DNA of 32,000 bases, from contig NZ_JBOFIN010000108.1 of the NCBI RefSeq assembly GCF_051650185.1, positions 29,889-61,888 on the forward strand, read 5' to 3'. The stretch's first letter is position 1. The number at the start of each line of letters is the position of its first letter. Positions 20,789-32,000 of this stretch are shown here, piece after piece. The notes beneath the pieces are model-generated. The model did not search any database, was not told where the DNA came from, and was given only the letters and a program-made list of their open reading frames with translations. The stretch is from Scandinavium sp. GTDB taxonomy: Bacteria; Pseudomonadota; Gammaproteobacteria; Enterobacterales; Enterobacteriaceae. Position numbers and translations under genes: made by a program.

Positions 20789-22465
20789 ATGAGCGCGACA
20801 GCCACGACCACAGCCCAAACAAAGATGCCTGAGTGGGTCGCTCGCCTGCGCGCTAACCCGAAAATCCCCCTTATGGTGGCAAGTGCCGCGGCGGTGGCTA
20901 TCATCGTCGCCCTGGTGCTGTGGGCAAAGCAGCCGGACTACCGCACGCTGTTCAGTAATCTGACCGATCAGGACGGCGGCGCCATCGTCACCCAACTTCA
21001 GCAGATGAATGTGCCTTATCGCTTTGCCGATAGCGGCGGCGCGATTGAAGTGCCTGCCGATAAAGTGCATGAGCTGCGTCTGCGTCTGGCTCAGGCCGGG
21101 TTGCCAAAAGGCGGTGCGGTTGGGTTTGAGCTGCTGGATCAGGAAAAATTTGGTATCAGCCAGTTCAGCGAGCAGGTGAACTATCAGCGCGCGCTGGAAG
21201 GTGAACTCGCCCGAACCATCGAAACGCTCGGCCCGGTAAAAAGTGCACGTGTTCACCTTGCGATGCCGAAACCGTCGCTGTTCGTGCGTGAACAGAAACA
21301 GCCTTCTGCCTCCGTGACCCTGAACCTTGAGCCCGGTCGTGCGCTGGATGAAGGCCAGATCGCGGCAGTGGTGCATTTAGTGTCGAGTGCCGTCGCGGGG
21401 CTTCCGCCGGGCAACGTGACGCTGGTCGATCAGGGCGGCCATCTGCTGACCCAGTCGAATACCGGCGATCGCGACCTGAACGACACCCAGCTCAAATACT
21501 CTGCCGATGTGGAAAGCCGCATCCAGCGTCGTATTGAATCCATCCTGTCGCCGATTGTCGGCAACGGCAACGTTCACGCGCAGGTCACCGCGCAGATCAA
21601 CTTCGACAATAAAGAACAAACTCAGGAGCAGTACAGCCCGAATGGCGATGCCAGCCAGGCCGTGATGCGCTCCCGTCAGGTGAATGAGAGCGAACAGGTT
21701 GGCAGCCCTTATCCGGGCGGCGTACCAGGCGCGTTGTCCAACTCCCCTGCCCCTGCGCCAAATGCGCCAATCTCGACGCCGCCTGCAAACCAGAATGCGG
21801 CCCAGGGCCAGCAGCGGACCACCAGCAGCAACAACCAGAGTGGCCCGCGCAACTCCTCGCGTAACGAAACCACCAACTACGAAGTCGACCGCACCATCCT
21901 GCACACCAAAATGAACGTCGGTGACGTGCAGCGCCTGTCCGTTGCGGTGGTGGTGAATTACAAAAATCTGCCGGACGGCAAGCCGCTGCCGCTGACCACC
22001 GATCAGATGAAACAGATTGAAGACCTGACTCGCGAAGCGATGGGCTACTCCACCACCCGTGGCGACACCCTCAACGTGGTCAACTCGCCGTTTACCGCCG
22101 GGGATGAAACCGGAGGCGAACTGCCGTTCTGGCAACAGCAGTCGTTTATCGATCAGCTGATGTCTGCCGGTCGCTGGCTGCTGATTGCGCTCGTGGCCTG
22201 GATCCTGTGGCGTAAAGCCGTTCGTCCGCAGTTCACCCGCCGTCAGGAAGTGCTGAAGGCCGCGCAGGAAGAAGCGCGCATTGAACGTGAAATGGCGCAG
22301 GCGGTGGAAGTTCACCTCAGCAAAGATGAGCAACAGCAGAGTCGCCGTGCCAACCAGCGCCTGAGCGCCGAGGTGATGAGCCAGCGTATTCGTGAAATGT
22401 CAGACAACGATCCGCGCGTCGTCGCGCTGGTCATTCGCCAGTGGATGAGCAACGACCATGAGTAA
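20789..22465 (+). CDS. fliF: Flagellar MS-ring protein FliF
   Basis: 558 aa, with conserved FliF N- and C-terminal blocks and the expected position. Confidence 0.97.
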   Translation: MSATATTTAQTKMPEWVARLRANPKIPLMVASAAAVAIIVALVLWAKQPDYRTLFSNLTDQDGGAIVTQLQQMNVPYRFADSGGAIEVPADKVHELRLRLAQAGLPKGGAVGFELLDQEKFGISQFSEQVNYQRALEGELARTIETLGPVKSARVHLAMPKPSLFVREQKQPSASVTLNLEPGRALDEGQIAAVVHLVSSAVAGLPPGNVTLVDQGGHLLTQSNTGDRDLNDTQLKYSADVESRIQRRIESILSPIVGNGNVHAQVTAQINFDNKEQTQEQYSPNGDASQAVMRSRQVNESEQVGSPYPGGVPGALSNSPAPAPNAPISTPPANQNAAQGQQRTTSSNNQSGPRNSSRNETTNYEVDRTILHTKMNVGDVQRLSVAVVVNYKNLPDGKPLPLTTDQMKQIEDLTREAMGYSTTRGDTLNVVNSPFTAGDETGGELPFWQQQSFIDQLMSAGRWLLIALVAWILWRKAVRPQFTRRQEVLKAAQEEARIEREMAQAVEVHLSKDEQQQSRRANQRLSAEVMSQRIREMSDNDPRVVALVIRQWMSNDHE

Positions 22466-23459
22466 TACAGCCCTTTCCGGTACCGATAAAAGCGTCATCC
22501 TGCTGATGACCATTGGCGAAGATCGCGCGGCGGAGGTGTTCAAACACCTCAACACCCGCGAAGTGCAAACCCTGAGTGCGGCGATGGCGAGCGTGCGTCA
22601 GATTTCGAACAAACAGCTGACGGAAGTGCTGGCGGAGTTTGAGCATGAGGCTGAGCAGTACGCGGCGCTGAACGTCAACGCCAACGAATATCTGCGTTCC
22701 GTGCTGGTGAAAGCGCTGGGCGAAGAACGCGCCGCCAGCCTGCTGGAAGACATTCTCGAAACCCGCGAAACCACCAGCGGCATCGAAACGCTCAACTTTA
22801 TGGAGCCGCAGAGCGCCGCCGACCTTATTCGCGACGAACACCCGCAGATCATCGCGACCATTTTGGTTCACCTCAAACGCGGTCAGGCGGCGGACATTCT
22901 GGCGCTGTTCGACGAACGTCTGCGTCACGACGTAATGCTGCGTATCGCCACCTTCGGCGGTGTTCAGCCTGCGGCGCTGGCCGAGCTGACCGAAGTGCTC
23001 AACAACCTGCTCGACGGCCAGAACCTCAAGCGCAGCAAAATGGGCGGCGTGAGAACCGCAGCCGAAATTATCAACCTGATGAAAACGCAGCAGGAAGAAG
23101 CGGTTATTACTGCGGTGCGCGAATTCGACGGCGAGCTGGCGCAGAAAATCATCGACGAGATGTTCCTGTTCGAAAACCTCGTCGAAGTGGACGACCGCAG
23201 CATCCAGCGCCTGTTGCAGGAAGTGGATTCCGAATCGCTGCTTATCGCCCTCAAAGGGGCCGAACAGCCGCTGCGCGAGAAGTTCCTGCGCAACATGTCG
23301 CAGCGTGCGGCGGATATCCTGCGCGACGACCTCGCCAACCGTGGTCCGGTTCGCCTGTCGCAGGTGGAGAACGAACAGAAAGCCATTCTGCTTATTGTGC
23401 GTCGTCTGGCCGAAACCGGCGAGATGGTGATTGGCAGCGGAGACGACACCTATGTCTGA
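22458..23459 (+). CDS. fliG: Flagellar motor switch protein FliG
   Basis: 333 aa. Starts [31 protein letters not shown] and ends [15 protein letters not shown]. Confidence 0.97.
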   Translation: MSNTALSGTDKSVILLMTIGEDRAAEVFKHLNTREVQTLSAAMASVRQISNKQLTEVLAEFEHEAEQYAALNVNANEYLRSVLVKALGEERAASLLEDILETRETTSGIETLNFMEPQSAADLIRDEHPQIIATILVHLKRGQAADILALFDERLRHDVMLRIATFGGVQPAALAELTEVLNNLLDGQNLKRSKMGGVRTAAEIINLMKTQQEEAVITAVREFDGELAQKIIDEMFLFENLVEVDDRSIQRLLQEVDSESLLIALKGAEQPLREKFLRNMSQRAADILRDDLANRGPVRLSQVENEQKAILLIVRRLAETGEMVIGSGDDTYV

Positions 23460-24153
23460 TTCCACGCCATGGAAAGTCTGGCAGCCTGACGATCTGGCCC
23501 CCCCCATGCCCGAATTCGTGGCCGAGTTCAGCGCAGCAGGCGAACAAGCCGAAGCGGAGCCGGAGATCTCTGAAGAGCAGAAGCTGCAACAGCAGCTGGC
23601 GCACATTCAGATGCAGGCCCACGAACAGGGCTATAACGCAGGTCTGAATGAAGGCCGCACCGCCGGGCATGCGCAGGGTTATCAGGAAGGATTAGCGCAG
23701 GGTCAGGAACAAGGCCTGACTCAGGCGCAACAGCAGCAAGCGCCGCTACATGCGCGGATGCAGCAGCTGGTGAGCGAGTTTCAGCACACGCTGGATGCGC
23801 TCGACAGCGTGATTGCCTCGCGCCTGATGCAGATGGCGCTGGAAGCGGCACGCCAGGTGATTGGTCAGGCACCGATTGTTGATAACTCCGCGCTGATCAA
23901 ACAGATTCAGGCGTTGCTGCAACAGGAGCCGCTGTTCAGCGGCAAACCACAGCTACGTGTGCATCCGGATGATTTGCAACGTGTGGAAGAGATGGTCGGC
24001 GCGACCTTAAGCCTCCACGGCTGGCGGCTGCGCGGTGACCCGACGCTGCATCACGGCGGCTGTAAAATCTCCGCTGAGGAAGGCGATCTCGACGCCAGCG
24101 TCGCCACACGCTGGCAGGAGCTGTGCCGTCTGGCCGCTCCGGGAGTCATCTGA
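23452..24153 (+). CDS. fliH: Flagellar export regulator FliH
   Basis: The ATG at 23452 gives [18 protein letters not shown], as in E. coli FliH. It overlaps the fliG stop. Confidence 0.95.
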   Translation: MSDSTPWKVWQPDDLAPPMPEFVAEFSAAGEQAEAEPEISEEQKLQQQLAHIQMQAHEQGYNAGLNEGRTAGHAQGYQEGLAQGQEQGLTQAQQQQAPLHARMQQLVSEFQHTLDALDSVIASRLMQMALEAARQVIGQAPIVDNSALIKQIQALLQQEPLFSGKPQLRVHPDDLQRVEEMVGATLSLHGWRLRGDPTLHHGGCKISAEEGDLDASVATRWQELCRLAAPGVI

Positions 24154-25523
24154 TGACCGCCCGTCTGACTCGCTGGCTGACCACGCTCGATAATTTCGAA
24201 GCCAAAATGACGCAGCTTCAGTCCGTGCGTCGCTATGGTCGTTTAACTCGCGCCACGGGCCTGGTGCTGGAAGCCACCGGGCTGCAATTGCCGCTCGGCG
24301 CAACCTGCGTGATTGAACGTCAGGAAAATGGTGAAGTACGTGAAGTCGAAAGTGAAGTCGTCGGCTTTAACGGCCAACGCCTGTTCCTGATGCCGCTGGA
24401 AGAAGTTGAAGGCATTTTGCCGGGCGCTCGCGTGTATGCGCGTAATGCTTCCGGCGACGGTCTGCAAAGCGGGAAACAGTTGCCGTTGGGCCCTGCCCTG
24501 CTTGGGCGCGTGCTCGATGGTGCTGGAAAGCCGCTGGACGGCCTGCCCGCCCCGGACACCACCGAAACCGGCGCGCTGATCACTCAGCCGTTTAACCCGT
24601 TGCAGCGAACGCCAATTGAACACGTGCTCGACACCGGCGTTCGCCCGATTAACGCCCTGCTCACCGTCGGACGCGGCCAGCGTATGGGCCTGTTCGCGGG
24701 CTCCGGCGTTGGCAAAAGCGTGCTGCTCGGCATGATGGCGCGTTACACCCAGGCCGATGTGATTGTGGTCGGGCTGATTGGCGAGCGTGGCCGTGAAGTA
24801 AAAGACTTTATCGAAAACATTCTGGGTGCTGAAGGCCGTGCGCGTTCCGTCGTGATCGCCGCTCCGGCTGACGTTTCACCTCTGCTGCGTATGCAGGGTG
24901 CCGCGTATGCCACGCGCATCGCCGAAGATTTTCGTGACCGTGGTCAGCACGTGCTGCTAATCATGGATTCCCTGACCCGTTATGCCATGGCCCAGCGTGA
25001 GATTGCGCTCGCCATCGGCGAACCGCCAGCGACCAAAGGCTATCCGCCTTCGGTGTTCGCTAAGCTTCCTGCCCTGGTGGAACGCGCCGGGAACGGCATT
25101 ACCGGCGGCGGATCGGTCACGGCGTTTTATACCGTGCTGACCGAAGGCGACGATCAACAGGATCCCATCGCCGACTCAGCACGAGCCATTCTTGACGGCC
25201 ACATTGTGCTGTCCCGCCGTCTGGCGGAAGCGGGCCACTATCCGGCCATCGACATCGAAGCCTCCATCAGCCGCGCCATGACTGCTCTCATCACGGAGAA
25301 GCACTACGCGCGGGTGAGGAACTTCAAACAGCTGCTTTCCAGTTTTCAGCGTAACCGTGACCTGGTCAGCGTCGGCGCGTATGCCAAAGGCAGCGATCCG
25401 ATGCTCGACAAGGCCATTACGTTATGGCCGCAGCTGGAGGGCTTTCTGCAACAGGGCATTTTTGAAAAAGCGGGCTGGGAAGACTCTCTTCAGGCACTTG
25501 AGATCATCTTCCCCGCCGCCTGA
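24153..25523 (+). CDS. fliI: Flagellum-specific ATPase FliI
   Basis: The ATG at 24153 gives MTARLTRWL. Walker A is GSGVGKS. TGATG junction with fliH. Confidence 0.97.
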   Translation: MTARLTRWLTTLDNFEAKMTQLQSVRRYGRLTRATGLVLEATGLQLPLGATCVIERQENGEVREVESEVVGFNGQRLFLMPLEEVEGILPGARVYARNASGDGLQSGKQLPLGPALLGRVLDGAGKPLDGLPAPDTTETGALITQPFNPLQRTPIEHVLDTGVRPINALLTVGRGQRMGLFAGSGVGKSVLLGMMARYTQADVIVVGLIGERGREVKDFIENILGAEGRARSVVIAAPADVSPLLRMQGAAYATRIAEDFRDRGQHVLLIMDSLTRYAMAQREIALAIGEPPATKGYPPSVFAKLPALVERAGNGITGGGSVTAFYTVLTEGDDQQDPIADSARAILDGHIVLSRRLAEAGHYPAIDIEASISRAMTALITEKHYARVRNFKQLLSSFQRNRDLVSVGAYAKGSDPMLDKAITLWPQLEGFLQQGIFEKAGWEDSLQALEIIFPAA

Positions 25524-25541
25524 TAGCAGGAGAACACCATC

Positions 25542-25985
25542 ATGGCGCAACACGGTGCATTAGCCACGCTCAAAGAGCTGGCTGAAAAAGAAGTCGATAA
25601 CGCCGCCCTGCAGTTAGGGGAAATGCGGCGCGGCTGTCAGCAGGCCGAAGAGCAGTTGAAGATGCTGATGGATTACCAGCTGGAATACCAGAATAACCTG
25701 AACAGCAACATGTCGCAGGGCATGGCCAGCCTGCGCTGGCAGAACTATCAGCAGTTTATTCAGACGCTGGAAAAAGCCATCGATCAGCACCGCCAGCAGC
25801 TGTTGCAGTGGAACCGAAAAGTCGAACAGGCGCTCACCGCCTGGCGCGAGAAAAAACAACGTTTGCAGGCATGGCAGACGCTCCAGGACAGACAAGCCGC
25901 CGCCACGCTGCTGGCGGAAAACCGTCTCGATCAGAAGAAAATGGATGAGTTTGCCCAGCGCGCTACCTTAAGGAAACCCGAATGA
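25542..25985 (+). CDS. fliJ: Flagellar export chaperone FliJ
   Basis: 147 aa coiled coil in the conserved position. Confidence 0.95.
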   Translation: MAQHGALATLKELAEKEVDNAALQLGEMRRGCQQAEEQLKMLMDYQLEYQNNLNSNMSQGMASLRWQNYQQFIQTLEKAIDQHRQQLLQWNRKVEQALTAWREKKQRLQAWQTLQDRQAAATLLAENRLDQKKMDEFAQRATLRKPE

Positions 25986-27217
25986 TTACTCTGCCGAAAC
26001 TTGTCGTCAGCGAGACTGACCTCACCGCCGCCTCCGGTCTGGCAGGCAAAACCAGCGATACCGACGGCGGCACGGCGCAGGACTTTTTCGCCCTGCTGGC
26101 AGGCGCGATGTCCGGGAAAAACGCCAAAGACGGCAAAACATCGCTGACGCTGGCCGATTTGCAGGAAGCCAGCCAGAAGCTACCGCAGGGTGATGCGAAA
26201 ACGACGCTCAGCAATCTGTTGGGCCAGCTTCAGGACGACAACGCAACAAAAGCCGATGTGACCACGCTCAGCGATGCACAGTCTGTCCTTAGCGCGTTAA
26301 CGCCAGAAGTGAAGAACGATGTGCTGAAGCAGCTCGGCAAAGATATCCAGAAAGACGACGACAAACCGAGCCCGAACGATGAAGAGATGGCCGGGTTAAG
26401 CGCGCTGATGGCGATGCTGCCGCATGTCGCCAGCCCAACAACGGCAGTGCCTGCTGGCGAAACGGTGTCCGTCACAGGCGCGGATCGTAAAGACGGCCCG
26501 GCAACGCTTGCAGGCCTGATGACGACAAATGCAGACACCTCCAGCCCACGCGGAAAAACCAGCGGTAAAGAGTTTGCTCTGCCTCAGGCTGCACATGGTC
26601 AGCCCGTTACCGCCACTGACGACGCGACGCTGAATCAGGCCACACCATTGACGATGGCTGCGGCTGCGAAAGCCGATACCGACAGTAATCTTTCTGCCGC
26701 CACGCCAACGGTTAACGTTGCGCCAGTTATCAGTAACGCGACCGCCACCGTCAACACGCACCCTGTGGTGACTGTGAATTCCCAGCTTGGCACGCCGGAG
26801 TGGCAGCAAAACGTCAGCCAGCACATCACGCTGTTCACCCGTCAGGGCCAGCAAACCGCCGAGCTGAAGCTGCATCCGGAGAATTTGGGCCAGGTGAATA
26901 TCACCCTGAAGATTGACGACAACCAGGCGCAGATTCAGATGGTGTCCCCGCACAGCCACGTGCGCGCCGCGCTGGAAGCCGCTATTCCCACGCTGCGCAC
27001 CCAGTTAGCCGATAACGGCATTCAGCTGGCGCAAAGCAACGTCAGCAGCGAAAGCTTTGCCGGGCAGCAACAGCAGCAGTCCGCTTTTGGTCAGTCATCT
27101 TCACAACGTTCTGCTGAAGGTGGCGCGTTTAATGCCGATGATGAAGAGACTCTGGCGGTGCCTGCCAGCCTGCAATCACAGGCGCGTGGCAACGGGATCG
27201 TCGACATCTTCGCCTAA
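25982..27217 (+). CDS. fliK: Hook-length control protein FliK
   Basis: 411 aa. Low-complexity N-terminal half and a conserved C-terminal domain ([42 protein letters not shown]). Confidence 0.95.
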   Translation: MITLPKLVVSETDLTAASGLAGKTSDTDGGTAQDFFALLAGAMSGKNAKDGKTSLTLADLQEASQKLPQGDAKTTLSNLLGQLQDDNATKADVTTLSDAQSVLSALTPEVKNDVLKQLGKDIQKDDDKPSPNDEEMAGLSALMAMLPHVASPTTAVPAGETVSVTGADRKDGPATLAGLMTTNADTSSPRGKTSGKEFALPQAAHGQPVTATDDATLNQATPLTMAAAAKADTDSNLSAATPTVNVAPVISNATATVNTHPVVTVNSQLGTPEWQQNVSQHITLFTRQGQQTAELKLHPENLGQVNITLKIDDNQAQIQMVSPHSHVRAALEAAIPTLRTQLADNGIQLAQSNVSSESFAGQQQQQSAFGQSSSQRSAEGGAFNADDEETLAVPASLQSQARGNGIVDIFA

Positions 27218-27320
27218 CGCCAGAGGTAGCATGATTATTCCCGTCTTTTCCGCCCTTTGAGCGTGACTTAAGTCGGGATAATCACCCTTAAAGCTGCATC
27301 GAACAGGAAATTTGTATCAG

Positions 27321-27788
27321 ATGACTGACACCGCGATCGCGAAAAAAAGCAAACGCTCAATCTGGATCCCGCTGCTGGTGCTGGTGACGCTCGCAGCCTG
27401 CGCTACCGCAGGCTATAGTTACTGGCGACTGCAGCAGCAACCCTCCGCGGATGCAAAAAAAGAGGTTCCGCCACCGCCAGCCCCGGTGTTCTGGGCGCTG
27501 GATACGTTCACGGTTAACCTTGGCGATGCCGATCGCGTGCTCTATATCGGGATAACGCTGCGTCTGAAGGATGAGGCGACCCGCTCGCGTCTGAATGAGT
27601 ATCTGCCGGAAGTTCGCAGCCGCCTGCTGCTGCTGTTCTCCCGCCAGGATGCGGCAAAACTGGCGACCGACACCGGGAAACAAGACCTGGTGAATGCCAT
27701 CAAACAGACACTTGCTCCACCGTTGGTGGCGGGCCAGCCGAAGCAGGAAGTGACTGACGTGCTGTATACAGCTTTCATTCTGCGGTAA
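27321..27788 (+). CDS. fliL: Flagellar basal-body-associated protein FliL
   Basis: The ATG at 27321 gives [20 protein letters not shown], as in E. coli FliL. Confidence 0.95.
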   Translation: MTDTAIAKKSKRSIWIPLLVLVTLAACATAGYSYWRLQQQPSADAKKEVPPPPAPVFWALDTFTVNLGDADRVLYIGITLRLKDEATRSRLNEYLPEVRSRLLLLFSRQDAAKLATDTGKQDLVNAIKQTLAPPLVAGQPKQEVTDVLYTAFILR

Positions 27789-27792
27789 TCCC

Positions 27793-28797
27793 ATGGGCGA
27801 CAGTATTCTTTCTCAGGCCGAAATTGATGCGCTGCTGAACGGCGACAGCGAGAAAAGTGACGAACCGCAACCCGGTGCCACTGGCGACAGTGACATTCGT
27901 CCCTACGATCCTAATACCCAGCGTCGCGTGGTGCGCGAGCGTCTGCAGGCGCTGGAAATCATCAACGAGCGTTTTGCTCGCCAGTTCCGTATGGGCCTGT
28001 TCAACCTGCTGCGTCGTAGCCCGGATATCACCGTGGGCGCGATCCGCATTCAGCCCTACCACGAATTTGCCCGCAACCTGCCGGTGCCGACCAACCTGAA
28101 CCTGATCCACCTGAAACCGCTGCGCGGGACCGGGCTGTTCGTGTTCTCGCCAAGCCTGGTGTTTATTGCGGTTGATAACCTGTTTGGCGGCGATGGGCGT
28201 TTCCCGACCAAAGTCGAAGGCCGCGAATTTACCCATACCGAACAGCGCGTGATTAACCGCATGCTGAAGCTGGCGCTGGAAGGCTACAGCGATGCGTGGA
28301 AAGCGATTAACCCGCTGGAAGTGGAATATGTCCGTTCCGAGATGCAGGTGAAATTTACCAATATCACCACCTCACCGAACGACATCGTGGTCAATACCCC
28401 GTTCCATGTTGAGATTGGCAACCTGACAGGTGAATTCAACATCTGTCTGCCGTTCAGCATGATTGAACCCCTGCGCGAGTTGTTGGTGAACCCACCTCTG
28501 GAGAACTCCCGCAGTGAAGATCAGAACTGGCGCGAAAACCTGGTACGCCAGGTTCAGCACTCAGAACTGGAGCTGGTAGCGAATTTCGCCGACATCTCCC
28601 TGCGTCTTTCCCAAATATTAAAACTACAACCCGGTGACGTGCTGCCGATTGATAAACCGGATCGCATTATTGCCCATGTGGACGGCGTCCCGGTATTGAC
28701 CAGCCAGTACGGCACGGTGAACGGTCAATACGCACTACGCGTTGAGCACCTGATTAACCCGATTTTGAACTCGCTGAATGAGGAACAGCCCAAATGA
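27793..28797 (+). CDS. fliM: Flagellar motor switch protein FliM
   Basis: 334 aa, starting MGDSILSQAEIDALLNG. Confidence 0.97.
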   Translation: MGDSILSQAEIDALLNGDSEKSDEPQPGATGDSDIRPYDPNTQRRVVRERLQALEIINERFARQFRMGLFNLLRRSPDITVGAIRIQPYHEFARNLPVPTNLNLIHLKPLRGTGLFVFSPSLVFIAVDNLFGGDGRFPTKVEGREFTHTEQRVINRMLKLALEGYSDAWKAINPLEVEYVRSEMQVKFTNITTSPNDIVVNTPFHVEIGNLTGEFNICLPFSMIEPLRELLVNPPLENSRSEDQNWRENLVRQVQHSELELVANFADISLRLSQILKLQPGDVLPIDKPDRIIAHVDGVPVLTSQYGTVNGQYALRVEHLINPILNSLNEEQPK

Positions 28798-29207
28798 GTG
28801 ATATGAATAATCCGTCCGATGAAAACAGCGGTGCAATGGACGATCTGTGGGCTGAAGCGTTGGGCGAACAGAAATCAGCAAGCGGCAAGAGCGCGGCGGA
28901 TGCGGTATTCCAGCAGTTAGGCGGCGGCGATGTTAGCGGCACGCTGCAGGATATCGACCTGATCATGGATATCCCGGTCAAACTGACCGTGGAACTGGGC
29001 CGCACCCGCATGACCATCAAAGAGCTGCTGCGCCTGACGCAAGGCTCCGTGGTGTCGCTGGACGGGCTGGCGGGCGAACCGCTCGATATTCTGATCAACG
29101 GCTACCTGATTGCTCAGGGTGAAGTCGTGGTCGTTGCCGACAAGTACGGCGTACGCATCACCGACATCATCACGCCGTCTGAACGTATGCGTCGCCTGAG
29201 CCGCTAA
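28794..29207 (+). CDS. fliN: Flagellar motor switch protein FliN
   Basis: 137 aa with the conserved SpoA-like C-terminus. Confidence 0.97.
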   Translation: MSDMNNPSDENSGAMDDLWAEALGEQKSASGKSAADAVFQQLGGGDVSGTLQDIDLIMDIPVKLTVELGRTRMTIKELLRLTQGSVVSLDGLAGEPLDILINGYLIAQGEVVVVADKYGVRITDIITPSERMRRLSR

Positions 29208-29208
29208 G

Positions 29209-29592
29209 ATGAAAACCCAGGCCAGCGTTTCTCAACCCGCCGTGACCGCGAACCCTTCTTCTCCGCTGATAGACGTCAGCGGCGCGCTACTGGGGATCAT
29301 CCTGCTGATCCTGGCGGCGGCGTGGCTGGCTAAGCGCTTTGGCGTTAGCGGCGCGAGAAGCTCGGCCAGTAAAGATCTGAAAGTCAGCGCCAGCGCTTCG
29401 CTCGGCCAGCGTGAGCGAGTGGTGATTGTCGACGTTGAAGATGCCCGGCTGGTGCTGGGCGTGACGGCCTCTCAGGTGACGTTGCTGCACAAACTGCCTC
29501 CAGCGCAGGTTGATCCTGACGCGCCAAAGCCTGAAGTGCCTGATTTTGCCTCACTGATGAAATCTGTTATCAAGCGCCCTGGGAGATCCTGA
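29209..29592 (+). CDS. fliO: Flagellar export protein FliO
   Basis: 127 aa, single TM, in the conserved position. Confidence 0.9.
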   Translation: MKTQASVSQPAVTANPSSPLIDVSGALLGIILLILAAAWLAKRFGVSGARSSASKDLKVSASASLGQRERVVIVDVEDARLVLGVTASQVTLLHKLPPAQVDPDAPKPEVPDFASLMKSVIKRPGRS

Positions 29593-30329
29593 TGCGTCGT
29601 GTGCTTTCCCTCTCGCTTGTGGCGCTGTGGCTGCTCTCGCCTGCTGCGTTTGCTCAACTGCCAGGGCTTGTCAGCCAGCCTCTGCCTAACGGGGGCCAGA
29701 GCTGGTCTCTGCCGGTGCAGACGCTGGTGTTTATCACCTCCCTGACCTTCCTGCCCGCCATTCTGCTGATGATGACCAGCTTCACGCGCATCATCATTGT
29801 GTTTGGTCTTTTGCGCAGCGCACTCGGCACCGCTTCCGCGCCGCCGAATCAGGTGCTGCTCGGGCTGGCGCTGTTTCTGACCTTTTTTATTATGTCGCCG
29901 GTTATCGACAAGATTTACAACGACGCTTATCAGCCGTTCAGTGAGGATAAAATCACACTTGAACAGGCGATTGATAAAGGCTCACAGCCGCTGCGTGAAT
30001 TTATGCTGCGCCAGACCCGCGAGGCCGATTTAGCCCTGTTTGCTCGTCTGGCCAACACCGCGCCTATTCAGGGGCCGGAAGCCGTCCCGATGCGCATTCT
30101 GCTGCCTGCTTATGTCACCAGCGAACTCAAAACGGCCTTCCAGATTGGCTTCACCATCTTTATTCCGTTCCTGATTATCGATTTGGTGGTCGCCAGCGTG
30201 CTGATGGCGCTGGGGATGATGATGGTACCCCCGGCCACCATTGCGCTGCCTTTCAAGCTGATGCTGTTTGTGCTGGTCGACGGCTGGCAGCTTCTGGTGG
30301 GATCGCTCGCCCAAAGTTTTTACAGTTAA
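29592..30329 (+). CDS. fliP: Flagellar export apparatus protein FliP
   Basis: 245 aa with a signal peptide and conserved TM blocks. Confidence 0.97.
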   Translation: MRRVLSLSLVALWLLSPAAFAQLPGLVSQPLPNGGQSWSLPVQTLVFITSLTFLPAILLMMTSFTRIIIVFGLLRSALGTASAPPNQVLLGLALFLTFFIMSPVIDKIYNDAYQPFSEDKITLEQAIDKGSQPLREFMLRQTREADLALFARLANTAPIQGPEAVPMRILLPAYVTSELKTAFQIGFTIFIPFLIIDLVVASVLMALGMMMVPPATIALPFKLMLFVLVDGWQLLVGSLAQSFYS

Positions 30330-30338
30330 GGAACGTCC

Positions 30339-30608
30339 ATGACCCCTGAATCGGTAATGATGCTGGGCACTGAGGCGATGAAAGTCGCGCTGGCGCTGGC
30401 TGCCCCACTGCTGCTGGTGGCGTTAATCACCGGCTTGCTTATCAGTATTTTGCAGGCTGCGACGCAGATTAACGAAATGACCCTGTCGTTTATCCCGAAA
30501 ATCATCGCCGTGTTTATCGCCATCATCGTGGCCGGGCCGTGGATGCTGAATCTGCTGCTGGATTACGTGCGCACGCTGTTCAACAACCTGCCGTACATCA
30601 TCGGATAA
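30339..30608 (+). CDS. fliQ: Flagellar export apparatus protein FliQ
   Basis: 89 aa, starting [18 protein letters not shown]. Confidence 0.97.
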   Translation: MTPESVMMLGTEAMKVALALAAPLLLVALITGLLISILQAATQINEMTLSFIPKIIAVFIAIIVAGPWMLNLLLDYVRTLFNNLPYIIG

Positions 30609-30613
30609 GCCAC

Positions 30614-31408
30614 ATGCTGCACGTCACCAGCGACCAATGGCTGCACTGGTTGAGCCTCTATTTTTGGCCGCTGTTGCGCGTGCTGGCGTTGATCTCCACC
30701 GCCCCGATCCTGAGCGAGTCCAGCGTGCCCAAGCGGGTGAAGCTGGGCCTTGGCATCATCATTACCTTTATCATCGCCCCATCGCTTCCCGCCACTGACG
30801 TGACGCTGTTTTCACCTAACGCGCTGTGGCTGGCGATGCAGCAAATCCTCATTGGCATTGCGCTGGGCTTTACCATGCAGTTTGCCTTTGCCGCCGTACG
30901 ATTCGCCGGGGAAGTGATTGGCCTGCAAATGGGCTTGTCCTTCGCGACCTTCGTTGACCCGAGCAGCCATCTGAGCATGCCGGTGCTGGCGAGGATCATG
31001 GATATGCTGGCGATGCTGCTTTTTCTGGTCTTTAACGGTCACTTATGGCTCATTTCGCTGCTGGTCGATACGTTTCACACCCTGCCGATTGGCGGCAATC
31101 CGCTTAACAGCAATGCGTTTATGGCGCTTGCCCGGGCCGGTGGGCTTATCTTCCTTAACGGCCTGATGCTGGCGCTGCCGATAATCACCCTGCTGCTGAC
31201 CATTAACCTTGCGCTGGGGATGCTCAACAGAATGGCACCGCAGCTTTCCATCTTTGTGATTGGTTTTCCCATTACCCTGACTGTGGGTATTATTTTAATG
31301 GCCGCCTTGATGCCATTAATTGCGCCCTTCTGCGAACACTTATTCAGTGAATTATTCGATCTATTGGCGGATATTATCAGTGAATTACCCAGGATAAGTT
31401 CTCCTTAG
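30614..31408 (+). CDS. fliR: Flagellar export apparatus protein FliR
   Basis: The ATG at 30614 gives [35 protein letters not shown], as in E. coli FliR. Confidence 0.96.
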   Translation: MLHVTSDQWLHWLSLYFWPLLRVLALISTAPILSESSVPKRVKLGLGIIITFIIAPSLPATDVTLFSPNALWLAMQQILIGIALGFTMQFAFAAVRFAGEVIGLQMGLSFATFVDPSSHLSMPVLARIMDMLAMLLFLVFNGHLWLISLLVDTFHTLPIGGNPLNSNAFMALARAGGLIFLNGLMLALPIITLLLTINLALGMLNRMAPQLSIFVIGFPITLTVGIILMAALMPLIAPFCEHLFSELFDLLADIISELPRISSP

Positions 31409-31425
31409 AAATAAAAGGGGGATCC

Positions 31426-31439
31426 TAAGGATATTCTTA
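31426..31439. promoter_or_regulatory. Candidate RcsAB box upstream of rcsA
   Basis: TAAGGATATTCTTA resembles the RcsAB-box consensus TaAGaatatTCctA, which I am quoting from memory. It lies about 255 bp upstream of the rcsA ATG in an AT-rich region. Confidence 0.4.
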
Positions 31440-31692
31440 AAATAGTTCTTCAAAAACATCTACCAGCATAACTCCGGTGCGGGTGAATTGTTTTTACTCC
31501 TCTCACACATCATAACATTTACTTTACTTTAAGATGTTTCCTGGCAAATTATACGTAACTTTACGGGATAGTTGAGGTCGCCCGATTGTCTTTCCTTTGC
31601 TCTTTGTAAGTTCAGGTTAAACGTTCTCTGACAATTAAGAAGCAGTCGGGCTATGGGGTTAATTATCGTTACGCATTGAGTGAGGGTATGCC

Positions 31693-32000
31693 ATGTCAAC
31701 GATTATTATGGATCTATGCAGTTACACCCGGCTAGGGTTGACCGGGTACCTGACCAGTCGAGGGATCAAGAAGCGCGATATTGGCGATATTGAGACCATC
31801 AGTGAGCTTGAAACGGCCTGCGAAGCACTGCAACCGTCTGTCGTGTTCATTAATGAAGACTGCTTTATCCACGATACACAAAGCAGTCAGCATATTAAGC
31901 AGATCATTAATCAACACCCCAGGACACTGTTCATCGTATTTATGGCGATTGCCAACGTCCATTTCGATGAGTATTTGCTGGTCAGAGATAATCTGTTAAT
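31693..32000 (+). CDS. rcsA: Colanic acid/capsule co-activator RcsA (5' part, runs off the window)
   Basis: Absent from the ORF track because no stop lies in the window. Translation [84 protein letters not shown] is near-identical in layout to E. coli RcsA. Confidence 0.95.
   Translation, partial: MSTIIMDLCSYTRLGLTGYLTSRGIKKRDIGDIETISELETACEALQPSVVFINEDCFIHDTQSSQHIKQIINQHPRTLFIVFMAIANVHFDEYLLVRDNLL

Noticed and set aside
20708-23606. Very long minus-strand ORFs (222, 318 and 391 aa) antisense to fliF/fliG/fliH.
   Set aside because: They lie exactly opposite well-identified flagellar genes in GC-rich DNA. Their products are low-complexity and Arg/Gly/His-rich with no RBS context. These are typical shadow ORFs.
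26230-26959. Minus-strand ORFs of 102, 187 and 67 aa in fliK.
   Set aside because: They are shadow ORFs opposite the low-complexity part of fliK.
27218-27320. Sigma-28 (class 3) promoter for fliL: GTCGGGATAA against the consensus GCCGATAA.
   Set aside because: The match is imperfect, with an insertion, and has no convincing TAAA -35 partner at the right distance. I cannot support it from sequence alone.

Overview
The window spans the junction between a lambdoid prophage and flagellar region III of an enterobacterial chromosome. All family calls are by eye and from memory of reference sequences; no searches were run.

Positions 1 to about 20,250 are the int-proximal part of the prophage. In window order:
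- Lysis cassette: Rz/Rz1 spanin (partial), SAR endolysin and a dual-start pinholin.
- A terminator-flanked tRNA-Arg(UCU), then a Q-like antiterminator, a 46-codon ORF missing from the ORF track, ninG and ninB.
- An AT-rich three-gene cassette.
- About nine translationally coupled nin-region hypotheticals.
- DnaB-type helicase and a replication initiator carrying ori iterons.
- An OOP-like antisense RNA, cII, nutR, cro, OR, and cI.
- Immunity-region cargo genes, OL/PL, nutL and N.
- Small PL-operon genes, a coiled-coil protein plus Erf, Dam, a chimeric methyltransferase remnant, xis and int.

The int stop codon lies 23 bp from the fliE stop codon.

Positions 20,263 to 32,000 are ordinary core genome with E. 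coli-like synteny: fliE, then divergent fliFGHIJK and fliLMNOPQR, then the 5' part of rcsA.

Best candidates for an undescribed system, all in prophage accessory slots:
- (i) The nin-region cassette at 3510-4775: signal-peptide protein, 84-aa protein, internal attenuator-like hairpin, and a 180-aa protein with a PIN-like acidic tetrad.
- (ii) The rexAB-position cargo at 12324-12965: a single-TM 135-aa protein, plus a convergent 70-aa gene driven from a perfect TATAAT embedded in OL.
- (iii) A reverse-oriented 62-aa mini-gene with phased 12-bp direct repeats inside the PL operon.
- (iv) A very acidic 90-aa protein coupled to a basic 50-aa protein early in the PL operon.

The flagellar part shows nothing unusual.
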